The notes under the pieces: generated by a model
The model's input: only the letters and a program-made list of their open reading frames with translations
What the model was told of the DNA's origin: nothing
Databases searched by the model: none
Position numbers and translations under genes: made by a program
Assembly: GCA_963798915.1 (NCBI GenBank)
Contig: CAWCVB010000002.1
Location: 416,001-480,000, forward strand
DNA: 64,000 bases
Reading direction: 5' to 3'
DNA from: an uncultured Gemmatimonadales bacterium
Lineage (GTDB): Bacteria > Gemmatimonadota > Gemmatimonadetes > Gemmatimonadales > GWC2-71-9
Shown here: positions 10,084 through 19,381 of the stretch, in pieces
Layout of the letters: each line of letters begins with the position of its first letter
How positions within the stretch are numbered: position 1 is the stretch's first letter

Positions 10084-11103
10084 ATGATGTCCCGTCGAGC
10101 CCGCCTGGTGATGGCCATCGGAGCCCTGCTCATGCTGGTGGCCTATGTGGCGCCGCTGTGGCGCATCCAGCTGCTCGCGCCGCAGTATCCGGAGGGGTTG
10201 GGCCTCCGCATCTGGGTAAGCCAGGTGCGGGGCGCCAGCCCGCCGGACCTCAACAGCATCAACAACCTGAATCATTACATCGGCATGAAGCGGATCGAGC
10301 CCGGTGCGATTCCGGAGCTGCGCTTCATGCCATGGATCCTTGCTGGCCTCATTGCCAGCGGACTCCTGGTGACACTACTCGGGCGACGAAAAGTGCTGCT
10401 GGGCTGGCTGGGGACCGCCTCGCTGGTGGCGCTCATCGGCCTCGCCGACTTCTGGAAGTGGGGTTACGACTATGGGCATGAGCTGGATCCGCATGCCATC
10501 ATCAAGATCCCGGGCATGAGCTACCAGCCGCCCCTGATCGGCGGCAAGCAGTTGTTGAATTTCCACGCCACATCCTGGCCGGACCTTGGGGGCTGGGTCA
10601 TTGTTGCCGCCCTGGTGCTCGCGCTGGCCGCCCTGATGCTCGATCGCCGCCGCTCGGCGGTCGCAAGCGCGGCTGTTGGTGCGCTGGTCGCGTGCGCCCA
10701 CGCTCCCCGGGCCATTCTGTATGGTGAAGAGGCCTGCGATCACTGCCACATGGTCATCACCGACCCGCGCTTTGCCGGACAGCTCGTGGCCAGCACGGGC
10801 CGGGTCTACGCCTTTGACGATGTCGGCTGCCTTGCCGCGTTCGCGGCCACGGGACCGGTGCAGGGCGCCCAGGTGCACGGCATCTTCGTCAACTCCTACG
10901 TGGCCACCGACAGCCAGTTCGAGGCCGCCGGCATGGTGTACCTCCGGAGCGCGGTCCTCCGCACGCCGATGGCGAGCGGGCTGGCGGCGCTTCGCCCGGG
11001 CGCCGAGGCGGACAGCGTCCGGGCGCTGCTGGGAGGCGAGCTGCTGAGCTGGGCGGAGGTGGTTGCCGCCGCGGACGAGGCGGCGCTGGCGCCGGTACCA
11101 TGA
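10084..11103 (+). CDS. nosL: NosB-NosL fusion
   Basis: N-half APQYPEGL...INNLNHYIGMK (NosB-like); C-half CDHCHMVI, FDDVGC, TPMASG (NosL). Confidence 0.85.
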   Translation: MMSRRARLVMAIGALLMLVAYVAPLWRIQLLAPQYPEGLGLRIWVSQVRGASPPDLNSINNLNHYIGMKRIEPGAIPELRFMPWILAGLIASGLLVTLLGRRKVLLGWLGTASLVALIGLADFWKWGYDYGHELDPHAIIKIPGMSYQPPLIGGKQLLNFHATSWPDLGGWVIVAALVLALAALMLDRRRSAVASAAVGALVACAHAPRAILYGEEACDHCHMVITDPRFAGQLVASTGRVYAFDDVGCLAAFAATGPVQGAQVHGIFVNSYVATDSQFEAAGMVYLRSAVLRTPMASGLAALRPGAEADSVRALLGGELLSWAEVVAAADEAALAPVP

Positions 11104-12317
11104 CCGGAGCGCTGTTCCTGATGGTGTTGATGGGTGTGCCGGCCCGAACCATCGTGGTCGCGCCCGGTACGTCAATCGCCACCGTGGCGGACGCACTTGG
11201 CCGGGCCGTGGATGGCGACACCATTCTGGTGCAGCCCGGTGTGTATCACGAGGCCGAACTGCACGTGACGAAGCAGGTCGTCATCCTGGGGCGGGACATG
11301 CCGGTCCTGGATGGGGGCGGCCGGCCAGTCCTCTTCATCGAGGCCGACAGCGTCGTCGTCGAGGGCCTCCTCATCCGGAACGTGGCGTCCAGCTTTACCG
11401 ACGACCGCGCCGCCATCCGGACGGACGGAGTGGATGGGTGCGTCATTCGCGGCAACGTCATTCGCGACAGCTTCTTCGCGATCTATGCGGCCCGGTCGAG
11501 CAACTGCATCATCGCCGGAAACCGTGTCGTCGGGAGCGGGAAGGGCGAGACGTTCAACGGCAATGCCATTCACCTCTATAATACCCGCGGATTCCTGGTG
11601 GAGCGGAATGACCTGCGCGGCCACCGCGACGGGATCTACATCGAGTTCGGCCGGTTGGCGACGGTCCGAAGCAACCGGAGCGAGGGAAACACGCGCTACG
11701 GGCTGCATTTCATGTACTCCGATTCCTGCGAATACCGCCAGAACACCTTTCATGCCAACCGGGCGGGCGTGGCGGTGATGTATTCCCACGTCGTGCTGAT
11801 GATGGGCAACAGCTTTTCCGGCGCGACCGGTGCCGGCGGCTACGGCCTCCTGCTCAAGGAAATCGGCGAGAGCCGACTGGAGGACAACGTCTTCAGCGGA
11901 AACACTGTGGCGCTGTCCGTCGAGGGGAGCGAGCGGCTGGTGGCGCGCGGCAACCGCTTCCAGCGGAATGGCTGGGCGGTGCGGCTCTCCGGCGCGGCGG
12001 ATGGTGGCCGCTTCGAGCGCAACCAGTTTGTGGGAAACGCCTTCGATGTGGTCACCAGCACTCGTCATGCCGCCACCCACTTCTCGGCAAACTTCTGGGA
12101 CCGCTACGAGGGCTATGACCTCGATCGGGACGGCCGGGGTGATGTCCCGTTCCGTCCCGTGCGGCTCTTCGGCCTCATCGTGGAGCAGCATCGCGGAGCG
12201 ATCATCCTGCTGAACAGTCTGCTTGTGGACCTCCTTGAAACCGCGGAACGGGTCGCGCCGGTGCTCACGCCCGAACTGCCGGTCGATTCCATGCCACTGA
12301 TGCGGTGGCACGCGTGA
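11100..12317 (+). CDS. nosD: Nitrous-oxide reductase maturation protein NosD
   Basis: Beta-helix; HRDGIY, RYGLHFMYS, GYDLDRDG. Confidence 0.95.
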   Translation: MTGALFLMVLMGVPARTIVVAPGTSIATVADALGRAVDGDTILVQPGVYHEAELHVTKQVVILGRDMPVLDGGGRPVLFIEADSVVVEGLLIRNVASSFTDDRAAIRTDGVDGCVIRGNVIRDSFFAIYAARSSNCIIAGNRVVGSGKGETFNGNAIHLYNTRGFLVERNDLRGHRDGIYIEFGRLATVRSNRSEGNTRYGLHFMYSDSCEYRQNTFHANRAGVAVMYSHVVLMMGNSFSGATGAGGYGLLLKEIGESRLEDNVFSGNTVALSVEGSERLVARGNRFQRNGWAVRLSGAADGGRFERNQFVGNAFDVVTSTRHAATHFSANFWDRYEGYDLDRDGRGDVPFRPVRLFGLIVEQHRGAIILLNSLLVDLLETAERVAPVLTPELPVDSMPLMRWHA

Positions 12318-13093
12318 GCGCGCTGACATCGCCGCGCCAACGACGCCGGCTCGCCCTGGTGGCCGCCAGCGGCATCCCGGTGGAGACACGCGCGCTCGAC
12401 AAGTCGTTCGGTCCGCTGGTGGTGCTCCGCCAGGCGAGCGTCACGTTCCATCCTGGACGCACCACGGCGCTCATCGGGCCGAACGCGGCCGGGAAGACGA
12501 CCCTCCTCAAGTGCATCCTCGGGCTGGTGCGCCCCGATTCGGGCGTGATAATGGTTGGTGAGCACGTGGCCGGTGCCGGGGAGGCATATCGCCGGCTGAT
12601 CGGATACATGCCGCAGTCAGCCAGCTTTCCCGAGCACCTGACCGTGGGGGAAGTGACCCGCATGATCCGTGACCTGCGCGGGAGCGAAGGCATTCCGGAC
12701 AATGAGCTGCTGCAGCGGTTCGAGCTGGCCCGATTCCACGATAGCGCGGTGCGCACCCTCTCGGGCGGCACCAGGCAGAAGCTCAACGCGGCACTGGCCT
12801 TCATGTTCCGGCCGCAGGTGCTGATCCTGGACGAGCCCACCGCCGGACTGGATCCGATCGCGGCCGGGATTCTCAAGGAGAAGGTGGCGCAGGCGCGCGA
12901 TGCCGGTGCGACGATCATCATCACCTCGCACGTCATCGCTGAACTCGAGGAATTATCGGATGACGTGGTGCTGCTGCTGGACGGCGCCGTCTGCTATCAG
13001 GGCCCGCTGGGCAGGATCAGCCGGGAGACCGGCGAGGCCCGCCTGGAACGCGCCGTCGCGGCCTTGATGCGTCCGACCGGCCGTCAGCCATGA
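12314..13093 (+). CDS. nosF: ABC ATPase NosF
   Basis: GPNAAGKT, LSGG, ILDEPTAGLD; GTGA overlap with nosD. Confidence 0.92.
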   Translation: MSALTSPRQRRRLALVAASGIPVETRALDKSFGPLVVLRQASVTFHPGRTTALIGPNAAGKTTLLKCILGLVRPDSGVIMVGEHVAGAGEAYRRLIGYMPQSASFPEHLTVGEVTRMIRDLRGSEGIPDNELLQRFELARFHDSAVRTLSGGTRQKLNAALAFMFRPQVLILDEPTAGLDPIAAGILKEKVAQARDAGATIIITSHVIAELEELSDDVVLLLDGAVCYQGPLGRISRETGEARLERAVAALMRPTGRQP

Positions 13094-13878
13094 ACGTGAC
13101 GGGCAAGGTTTTCCGCTACCAGCTCGAGAACGTGCGCCGAAGCCGCGCCGTGCTGGTCTATGCCTTGCTGCTGCTGGTGGTGACCCACTCACTGCTGCAT
13201 TTTGGCGGGGGCGGCTCGAGGGCACTGCTCAGCCTGCTGAACGTGGTCCTCATTTTTGTGCCGCTGGTGAGCCTGGTGTTCGGGACCGTCTATCTCTACG
13301 GCGCGCGCGAGTTCATTGAACTCCTGCTGGCCCAGCCGGTAAGCCGGCGCGCGCTGTTCACCGGACTGTGGGGCGGGCTCACGCTGCCGCTGGTGCTGGC
13401 CTTCGTGCTGGGAACCGGATTGCCCTTTCTCTGGCATGGTGGACTGGGCGGGATGATGCTGCCGCTCGGTATGCTGCTGCTCTCCGGCAGTCTCCTTACC
13501 GCCGCCTTCAGCGCCGTGTCCATGTGGATTGCCATCCGCGTCGATGACAGGGCCCGGGGACTCGGCCTTGCCCTGGCGGCGTGGACCGTCACCGCCATCG
13601 CCTGGGACGCTCTTGTCCTGCTGGTGGTCGCCCTTGCCGGTGACCGGCCGCTGGAGTTCGTCCTCCTGGGCCTCTCAATGGCCAATCCGGTGGATGCGGC
13701 GCGCGTGGGCCTGGTGCTGACGCTGGATGCACCGGCGCTGATGGGCTATACCGGCGCGGTCATGCGTCACGCGCTGGGTGCTCATGGCGGCGCGCTATTG
13801 AGCGTCGGTGCCTTGCTGCTCTGGGCGACGTTGCCCCTCCTGCTGGCTGCTCGCCGCTTCCAGCGCAAGGATTTCTAG
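13090..13878 (+). CDS. nosY: ABC permease NosY
   Basis: REFIELLLAQP, NPVDAAR, ALMGYTGA, RKDF end. Confidence 0.92.
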   Translation: MNVTGKVFRYQLENVRRSRAVLVYALLLLVVTHSLLHFGGGGSRALLSLLNVVLIFVPLVSLVFGTVYLYGAREFIELLLAQPVSRRALFTGLWGGLTLPLVLAFVLGTGLPFLWHGGLGGMMLPLGMLLLSGSLLTAAFSAVSMWIAIRVDDRARGLGLALAAWTVTAIAWDALVLLVVALAGDRPLEFVLLGLSMANPVDAARVGLVLTLDAPALMGYTGAVMRHALGAHGGALLSVGALLLWATLPLLLAARRFQRKDF

Positions 13879-13981
13879 GCTGAAGGCTCAAAGTTCGAGG
13901 CCAAAGGCGCAAGGCCCAAGGCGTTATCCTCGCTTCAGCCTTCAGCCTTCAGCCTTCAGCCTTCAGCCTTCAGCCTTCAGC
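13879..13981. repeat. Palindromic heptamer element (GCTGAAG-like x6 / core / CTTCAGC x7)
   Basis: Begins right after the nosY stop; core GCCCAAGGCGTTATCCTCG recurs at 14674-14692. Confidence 0.9.
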
Positions 13982-13982
13982 C

Positions 13983-14017
13983 TTGCCCTATGCTATCAGT
14001 GATGCTATCATGATGTC
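13983..14017 (+). promoter_or_regulatory. Sigma70-type promoter/operator of vapBC, probably leaderless
   Basis: TTGCCC-17bp-TATCAT with extended TG, ATG 6 nt later; ATGCTATCA direct repeats. Confidence 0.65.
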
Positions 14018-14242
14018 ATGACACGCACCACTATCACAATCCCCGAAGAGTTGCTGGATCGGCTCAGGGTCGCCGCTGCTCAACAGCGGCGATCCATCGC
14101 GGCGCTGGTGCGCGAGGCGGTGGAGGAGATGGTCGCGCGGGTTCGGCCGCGTCCGCGCAGTCTCGGCATCGGGTCGTCAGACCACACCGACACCGCCCGG
14201 CGCACCGCCGTTGAGCGGCCGGAGCCCCGATCGTGGCGCTGA
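14018..14242 (+). CDS. vapB: CopG/ribbon-helix-helix antitoxin
   Basis: RTTITIPEELL...SIAALVREAV; overlaps the PIN gene. Confidence 0.88.
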   Translation: MTRTTITIPEELLDRLRVAAAQQRRSIAALVREAVEEMVARVRPRPRSLGIGSSDHTDTARRTAVERPEPRSWR

Positions 14243-14652
14243 TTCTCGACACCGGCCCACTGTACGCATCGCTTGACCGAAGCGACGCCGACCACGAAGC
14301 CTGCCGTCGACTCATCGAAGATGCGGGCGAGCCCCTCGTCATCCCTGCGCCTGTGCTGGTCGAAGTGGATTACTGGATTCACCTGCGCCTCAATCCCGGG
14401 GTCCTGGTGGCGCTCCTCGATGACATCGTGACTGGCGCGTACATGGTGGAAGCGCTACTACCGGAAGACTACCGTCGCGTCCAGCAGCTCTCGGACCGCT
14501 ACGCCGACAGTGATATCGGGTTCGTCGACGCCGCGGTGCTGGCCATCGTGGAGCGACTGGGTGAGCCGAAACTCGCGACTCTGGACCGGAGACACTTCGG
14601 GCTCCTGCGACCACGCCACGTGGATGCGCTCACGCTCGTCCCCTCTGCATAG
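14233..14652 (+). CDS. vapC: PIN-domain toxin
   Basis: ILDTG, VLVEV, GFVDAA, ATLDRRHF. Confidence 0.92.
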   Translation: MALILDTGPLYASLDRSDADHEACRRLIEDAGEPLVIPAPVLVEVDYWIHLRLNPGVLVALLDDIVTGAYMVEALLPEDYRRVQQLSDRYADSDIGFVDAAVLAIVERLGEPKLATLDRRHFGLLRPRHVDALTLVPSA

Positions 14653-14659
14653 GTGCTGG

Positions 14660-14709
14660 GCTGAAGGCTGAAGGCCCAAAGCGTTATCCTCGTTCAGCCT
14701 TCAGCCTTC
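14660..14709. repeat. Second copy of the palindromic heptamer element
   Basis: gctgaag gctgaag gcccaaa gcgttatcctcg ttcagc cttcagc. Confidence 0.9.
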
Positions 14710-15270
14710 GACACGATGCACGGACTCACACAGCACCAGCTGGCCCACCGCGGGCGAGGCGCCCCGGAGCCGCACCACGTACTGATAGCCCAGGTCGAAG
14801 GGCGCCGTGGCATCCACCGGCGTGATGCTGATGACTTGCGAGTCGGCCACCAGCAGGGCGCCACTGGCGGGCTGGGCGATGAGTGCCAGCATGGGCGCGC
14901 TGGTGAGCCCGCCACCGGTCGCCGTGATCTGGGCCGAGCCCAGCGCGCCCACCGCCGTGGCGTGGCCGTCCGGCGTGACGCTCACCATGCCGGTGTTGGA
15001 GGACGTCCAGGTGACGGCCGGGGCTTGGACCTCCTGCCCATCGGCAGCAAAGGCCTGGACCGTGAGTGGCCGCACATCGCCGGCCGTGGTGAACAGCACC
15101 GCGCCGGGCACGATCTCCAGCCGGCTGGCCACGCCCGGAGCGGGGCCCGGCCCAAGGCCCGGCCCGGTGCTGTCCCCGCCGCCGCAACCGAGCGCCAGCA
15201 GCAGCGCGAACCCCTCGACCATCCGTACCCAACGCCCGCTGGCGGCGCGGCGACGCTTCAGCACGTCCAT
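14701..15270 (-). pseudogene. Truncated N-terminal copy of the Ig-like lipoprotein at 16605-19105
   Basis: 14731-15200 closely matches 18585-19040; similarity ends at GQLVL, stop lies in the repeat. Confidence 0.8.
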
Positions 15271-15437
15271 GCTGTCACTCCTGGATTGGGATCGTGATCG
15301 CCGGCCGGATTCATCGCATCCAGTCATCCATCAGCCGCGTCAGCTCGCCGGCGCGGCGAAGCTCCCCGTCAGGGGCTGGTGCTCCTGGCCGCCGCAGTCA
15401 TGGCGCCCATCAGCCGCCACCGATAGCTTTGGGCGTC

Positions 15438-15635
15438 ATGACCTCAACGGCCCATCAGCTCCAGGATCAGCTTCTCTCAGGCCTCAGTGCCGAGCGGAAG
15501 CTGCTGCTCAGTGAGGGCCTGCGGCACGCGGCCTGGGAGCTCAAGGCGGCCTGGATCCGGAACCAGCACCCCGAGCTCACGCCGCGCGAGGTGACGGAGC
15601 GGGTCCGCCAGTTGTTTCTCCATGCCGGCACCTGA
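15438..15635 (+). CDS. Small antitoxin-like protein (MenA1-like)
   Basis: 65 aa, IRNQHPELTPREV; overlaps the nucleotidyltransferase gene. Confidence 0.6.
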   Translation: MTSTAHQLQDQLLSGLSAERKLLLSEGLRHAAWELKAAWIRNQHPELTPREVTERVRQLFLHAGT

Positions 15636-16185
15636 GGTCTACTCCCACTTCCTGCAACCCCTCAACCTCACCGGCTTCCGCTACATGGTGACCGGCGGGC
15701 TCGCGGCCATCATGTACGGCGAGCCTCGGCTGACCAACGATGTGGACCTCGTGCTGGCCTTGCGGCCGGGAGAAGCGCGTCGGCTTGCGCGTGCGTTCCC
15801 GGCGGCGGCGTACTACGTGCCGCCGGTCGAGGTGATCGAGGAAGAGGCCTCGCGGTCCGCAGCAGGGCATTTCAATCTCCTGCATCTCGAAACGACGCTC
15901 AGGGCCGACGTGTATCTGGTCGGTGACGACCCGCTGGGCGCCTGGGGCATGGCGCACCGCCGTCAGATTCCCATCGCCGGCGAGAGCGTCTGGGTGGCAC
16001 CGGCCGAGTATGTGATCGCCAAGAAGCTGGTGTACTATCGCGACGGCGGCTCCGACCGCCACCTCCGCGACATCAATGCGATGCTGCGCTTGAGCGGCGA
16101 CGTGATCGACCGCGCGTTGCTGGCGGACTGGATCGGGCGGCTCGGGCTCGAGCGCGAGTGGGGGCGACTCGAGCCCGGCACCTGA
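15622..16185 (+). CDS. Nucleotidyltransferase, MenT1/AbiEii-like putative toxin
   Basis: YMVTGGLA..YGEPRLTNDVDL motif; KL..RHLRDI. Confidence 0.75.
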   Translation: MPAPEVYSHFLQPLNLTGFRYMVTGGLAAIMYGEPRLTNDVDLVLALRPGEARRLARAFPAAAYYVPPVEVIEEEASRSAAGHFNLLHLETTLRADVYLVGDDPLGAWGMAHRRQIPIAGESVWVAPAEYVIAKKLVYYRDGGSDRHLRDINAMLRLSGDVIDRALLADWIGRLGLEREWGRLEPGT

Positions 16186-16214
16186 CGCCGTCAGCCGCCA
16201 ATTCGCCAAGGTTC

Positions 16215-16565
16215 GTGGTTCAGCTGACAAGTCGCCGTGCCCGCGGCCTCGGCGCCGCCCTGGCGCTCTGGATCCTCGTGGCCGTGGCCTACGACGCGCT
16301 TATCCTGCTCGTGGCCGCCGGCGCCGGCGACCGGCCGGTGGAAGTGCCGCTCCTGGCCCTCTGCCTGCTCAACCCGGTCGATGCAGCGCGAGTCGGCCTG
16401 GTGCTGGCGGTCGATGCGCCCGCGCTCATGGGCTACACTGGCGCCATCATGCGGCGCGCCCTGGGACAGGCCGGCGGGATCGCCCTCACGCGCTCCGCCC
16501 TGGTGCTCTGGGCCACGATTCCCCTGCTCGCCGCCCGGAGGCGGTTCGGGCGCAAGGACTTCTGA
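16215..16565 (+). pseudogene. Diverged 3' fragment of nosY
   Basis: RARGLG..ALA...NPVDAARVGLVL..DAPALMGYTGA...RRF.RKDF matches the nosY C-half; no credible start. Confidence 0.85.
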
Positions 16566-16604
16566 CGCACGTCCTCGAGGAGCGATGGAGCAGGGGCGTG
16601 CACC

Positions 16605-19105
16605 TCATTGGCGACTCAAAGTCAGCGTGAGCTGGTAGCTCGCGGTTCCGCCGCCATCTCCGTTCACCCCAATTTTCGTCGAGAAGACGTAGAAGCTTGC
16701 CGCCAGCGTTCCAGTTCGATCAACCTGCACCGTGTCCGACGTTCCGGCGCCATTCAGGCATGGACGTATTAACACGGTATCGATTGTCGTGGCACCCACC
16801 AGAACTGCCTGGGCACCTGATCCACCCGCGGCCGGGCAGGTTCCCGCAAGTGAACCGGTCAGGGTATACCGCATCGGTGCAGTCAGTTGGAACCCCACCG
16901 CAAGGCCGAACTCCGCAACCGAGCTCCTGCCGGTGATTGTTCCGTCAGCAGAAAGCGAGATGGCAGAGGACGAGACTGTTCCTGAGCCTGAACTGTTTGC
17001 GGTTCCGATCACGTTGGCACAGGTCGCGGCATCGCTGAGACTGGTGCCGTCGCGTTCGATAAGGCAATTGTTGGGAGAATCGGGAAAGTCGAAGACGCTG
17101 ACACCGACAAGGCTCTGGATTCCGAAAAATGCCACAGAGCCCGGGCTCGAGTCAGTGACCTGAAGCATCGCCTGGGCGTCCGGTGCGATCTCGAATGATA
17201 CCGGCATCGGGATCCCGAAGAGTCTCGCCTTCACGAAGGCATAGAAGACCTGCTGGCCGGTATCGGCGGCGAGGAAATCGGTCTGGCAGGTGAAGACCTT
17301 TTGTCCCGATGTGGCAGCGAGATCGGTGCAGCCCGGCCGGCTCAGCTCCAAGGTGAACCCGCCATTGCCATCCGGCACTTTCCGCCGGATCTCCACACCA
17401 TCCACCGCGTCCAGTCCGAGGTAGGTCACGGGATCGAGGGTCACGGTAAACGTGGCCTGGTCGCCCAGCTGGGTACTGTCGCCCGCGCGGACAGAGGGCG
17501 GTGTGACAGTGAACGTGCCCTTGGGTGAGGTGGCGAGCGGGCTGAAGCTGGGTTCGAAGCTGGCGCTCAGCAGGGTGATCTTGAGCAGCTTGGCCAGCAG
17601 CTCGACCGAGCTGCCGGTGCCGGCCTTGAGGAAGGGTGTGAGCTGGAATCCCGAGGCATAGGTGGGGTCGGCGACCTGGGCCGTCTGGCTGGCGAGGTCC
17701 ACCGACTGGGTGAGGCCGCCCTGGAACTTGAATGCGTCGAATTCCAGCGCGCTCACCTGCAGCGCCTTGAGGAAGGGGTTCACCAACGCCAGCTTGGCAA
17801 AGCCGGCACCTGAGACCGCCAGTTGCGCCCGAAAGGCGGAGTCGAACGGGGTGGGCAGGGCGGGCTTGAAGCTGCCATCGGCGTTGCTGGTCAGATTCAA
17901 TACCGGGTTGCAACCTGCGGTGCAGTCCACCCCCACTGAGGCATCGGCGTGCGCCTGCACAAAGAGGTCAAAGCCGAACCCACCCAGGTTGAGCTCGCCG
18001 CCAGCCTTGAAGCTGACGCCGAGCGGTACTGCGGGTGAAAGTACGGCACCCACCGGCCCGCCGAACGGCAGAATCAGGACGCCAAGCGCCTTGCTGCACT
18101 CGACCGAGCCGTTGAAGGCACCTGTCAGTCGCGGATCGGCCGTGAGACTTCCATCCAGACCGCCTGTCAGCACCAGGCGCTGGAGGCCGCCCAGGCTGGC
18201 GTCATACTGAAAGTCGAGACTCAGGTTCGGGGTGACATCGAAGCTGAAGTTCTGCAACGTGAAGAGCGAGGCAGTGATCTCCACGCCCTCCTCGACCTTG
18301 CACTCGAAGGGGCCCAGCTCGAACTCCTGCTCCGCGCTTCGCGTGCTGACATAGCTGGCTCGGCCGCGGAGCCTGATCCCGCCGTCTGGCGTCACATCGG
18401 GATGGAACGCGCGGCTTGCCTGGGCACTCAGCACCTTGGGCACGTTGGCCAGCGATATGCTTTCATTGATCACGAGCTGCTGGAAGAGGTCGGGCAGGGC
18501 CACGACTTCGAGCGTGGCATCCACGGCGCTGCCCGCGGCGGCCACACTCACCACCCGTCCGCCGACCGTGGCGCCGCCGGAGGCCAGCACCAGCTGGCCC
18601 ACCGCGGGCGAGGCGCCCCGGAGCGCACTACGTACTGATAGCCGAGATCGAACGGGGCGGTGGCATCCACCGGCGTGATGCTGATGACTTGCGAATCGGC
18701 CACCAGCAGGGCGCCACTGGCGGGCTGGGCGATGAGTACCAGCATGGGCGCACTGGTGAGCCCGCCACCGGTCGCCGTGATCTGGGCCGAGCCGAGCGCG
18801 CCCACCGCCGTGGCGTGGCCGTCAGCGGTGACGCTCACCATGCCGGTGTTGGACGACTGCCAGGTGACGCTGGGTGCCAGGACCTCGTGGCCGTCCGCAT
18901 CCAGCGCACGCACCGTGAGCACCCGGCTCTCCCCCGCCTGGGTAAACAGTACCGCGCCCGGCACGACCTCCAGCCGGCTGGCCGTGCCCGGCCCGGGACC
19001 GGGCCCAGGGCCCGGGCCGGTGCTGTCCCCGCCGCCACAGCCCGTCAGGGCAAGGAACAGCAGGGACGGCACCAGCCCCGACAGGGCAAGCGGTCTCGAT
19101 GTCAT
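16605..19105 (-). CDS. Large secreted lipoprotein with Ig-like (Big_2) domain; 1-nt frameshift near 18624
   Basis: Lipobox LTGC, VTWQSSNTGMVSV..DG; duplicate at 14760 has the extra C that restores the frame. Confidence 0.75.
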
Positions 19106-19305
19106 CGGCTCCACTCCTCGATCAATTGGGCCAGCTCTGTGCTGCCCTTGAAAGTTCGTTTTTCTCCGGTGCCCAGTCGTTCGACCACGCCGGCACAATC
19201 CGCCGCCGGATCGGTCGCCACCCGGCGGATTCGGAGCATGAAGTAGCTCAACCGGTCAGGAACAACCGGCGCAGCATCGGCCTGCGTGGTTTGCGCGTTT
19301 GCCAT
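19102..19305 (-). CDS. Small hypothetical protein (67 aa)
   Basis: FMLRIR...GVVERLGTGEKRTF...EL pattern; stop overlaps the start of the next gene. Confidence 0.7.
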   Translation of the reverse strand: MANAQTTQADAAPVVPDRLSYFMLRIRRVATDPAADCAGVVERLGTGEKRTFKGSTELAQLIEEWSR

Positions 19306-19381
19306 ACGCGCTGCATGTTAGGGCACCGCTGCCAAGGCGCCGTCAAACGGGTGCCAACCTCTTGCCTCGTGGACGTTTGGC

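Noticed and set aside
8061..10133. Long antisense ORFs (also 30727-32349, 35228-38515 and others)
   Set aside because: Shadow frames of high-GC genes with clear motifs on the opposite strand
13914..13932. Integron attC site (GCGTTAT core)
   Set aside because: No RYYYAAC inverse core or L boxes, no integrase in the window
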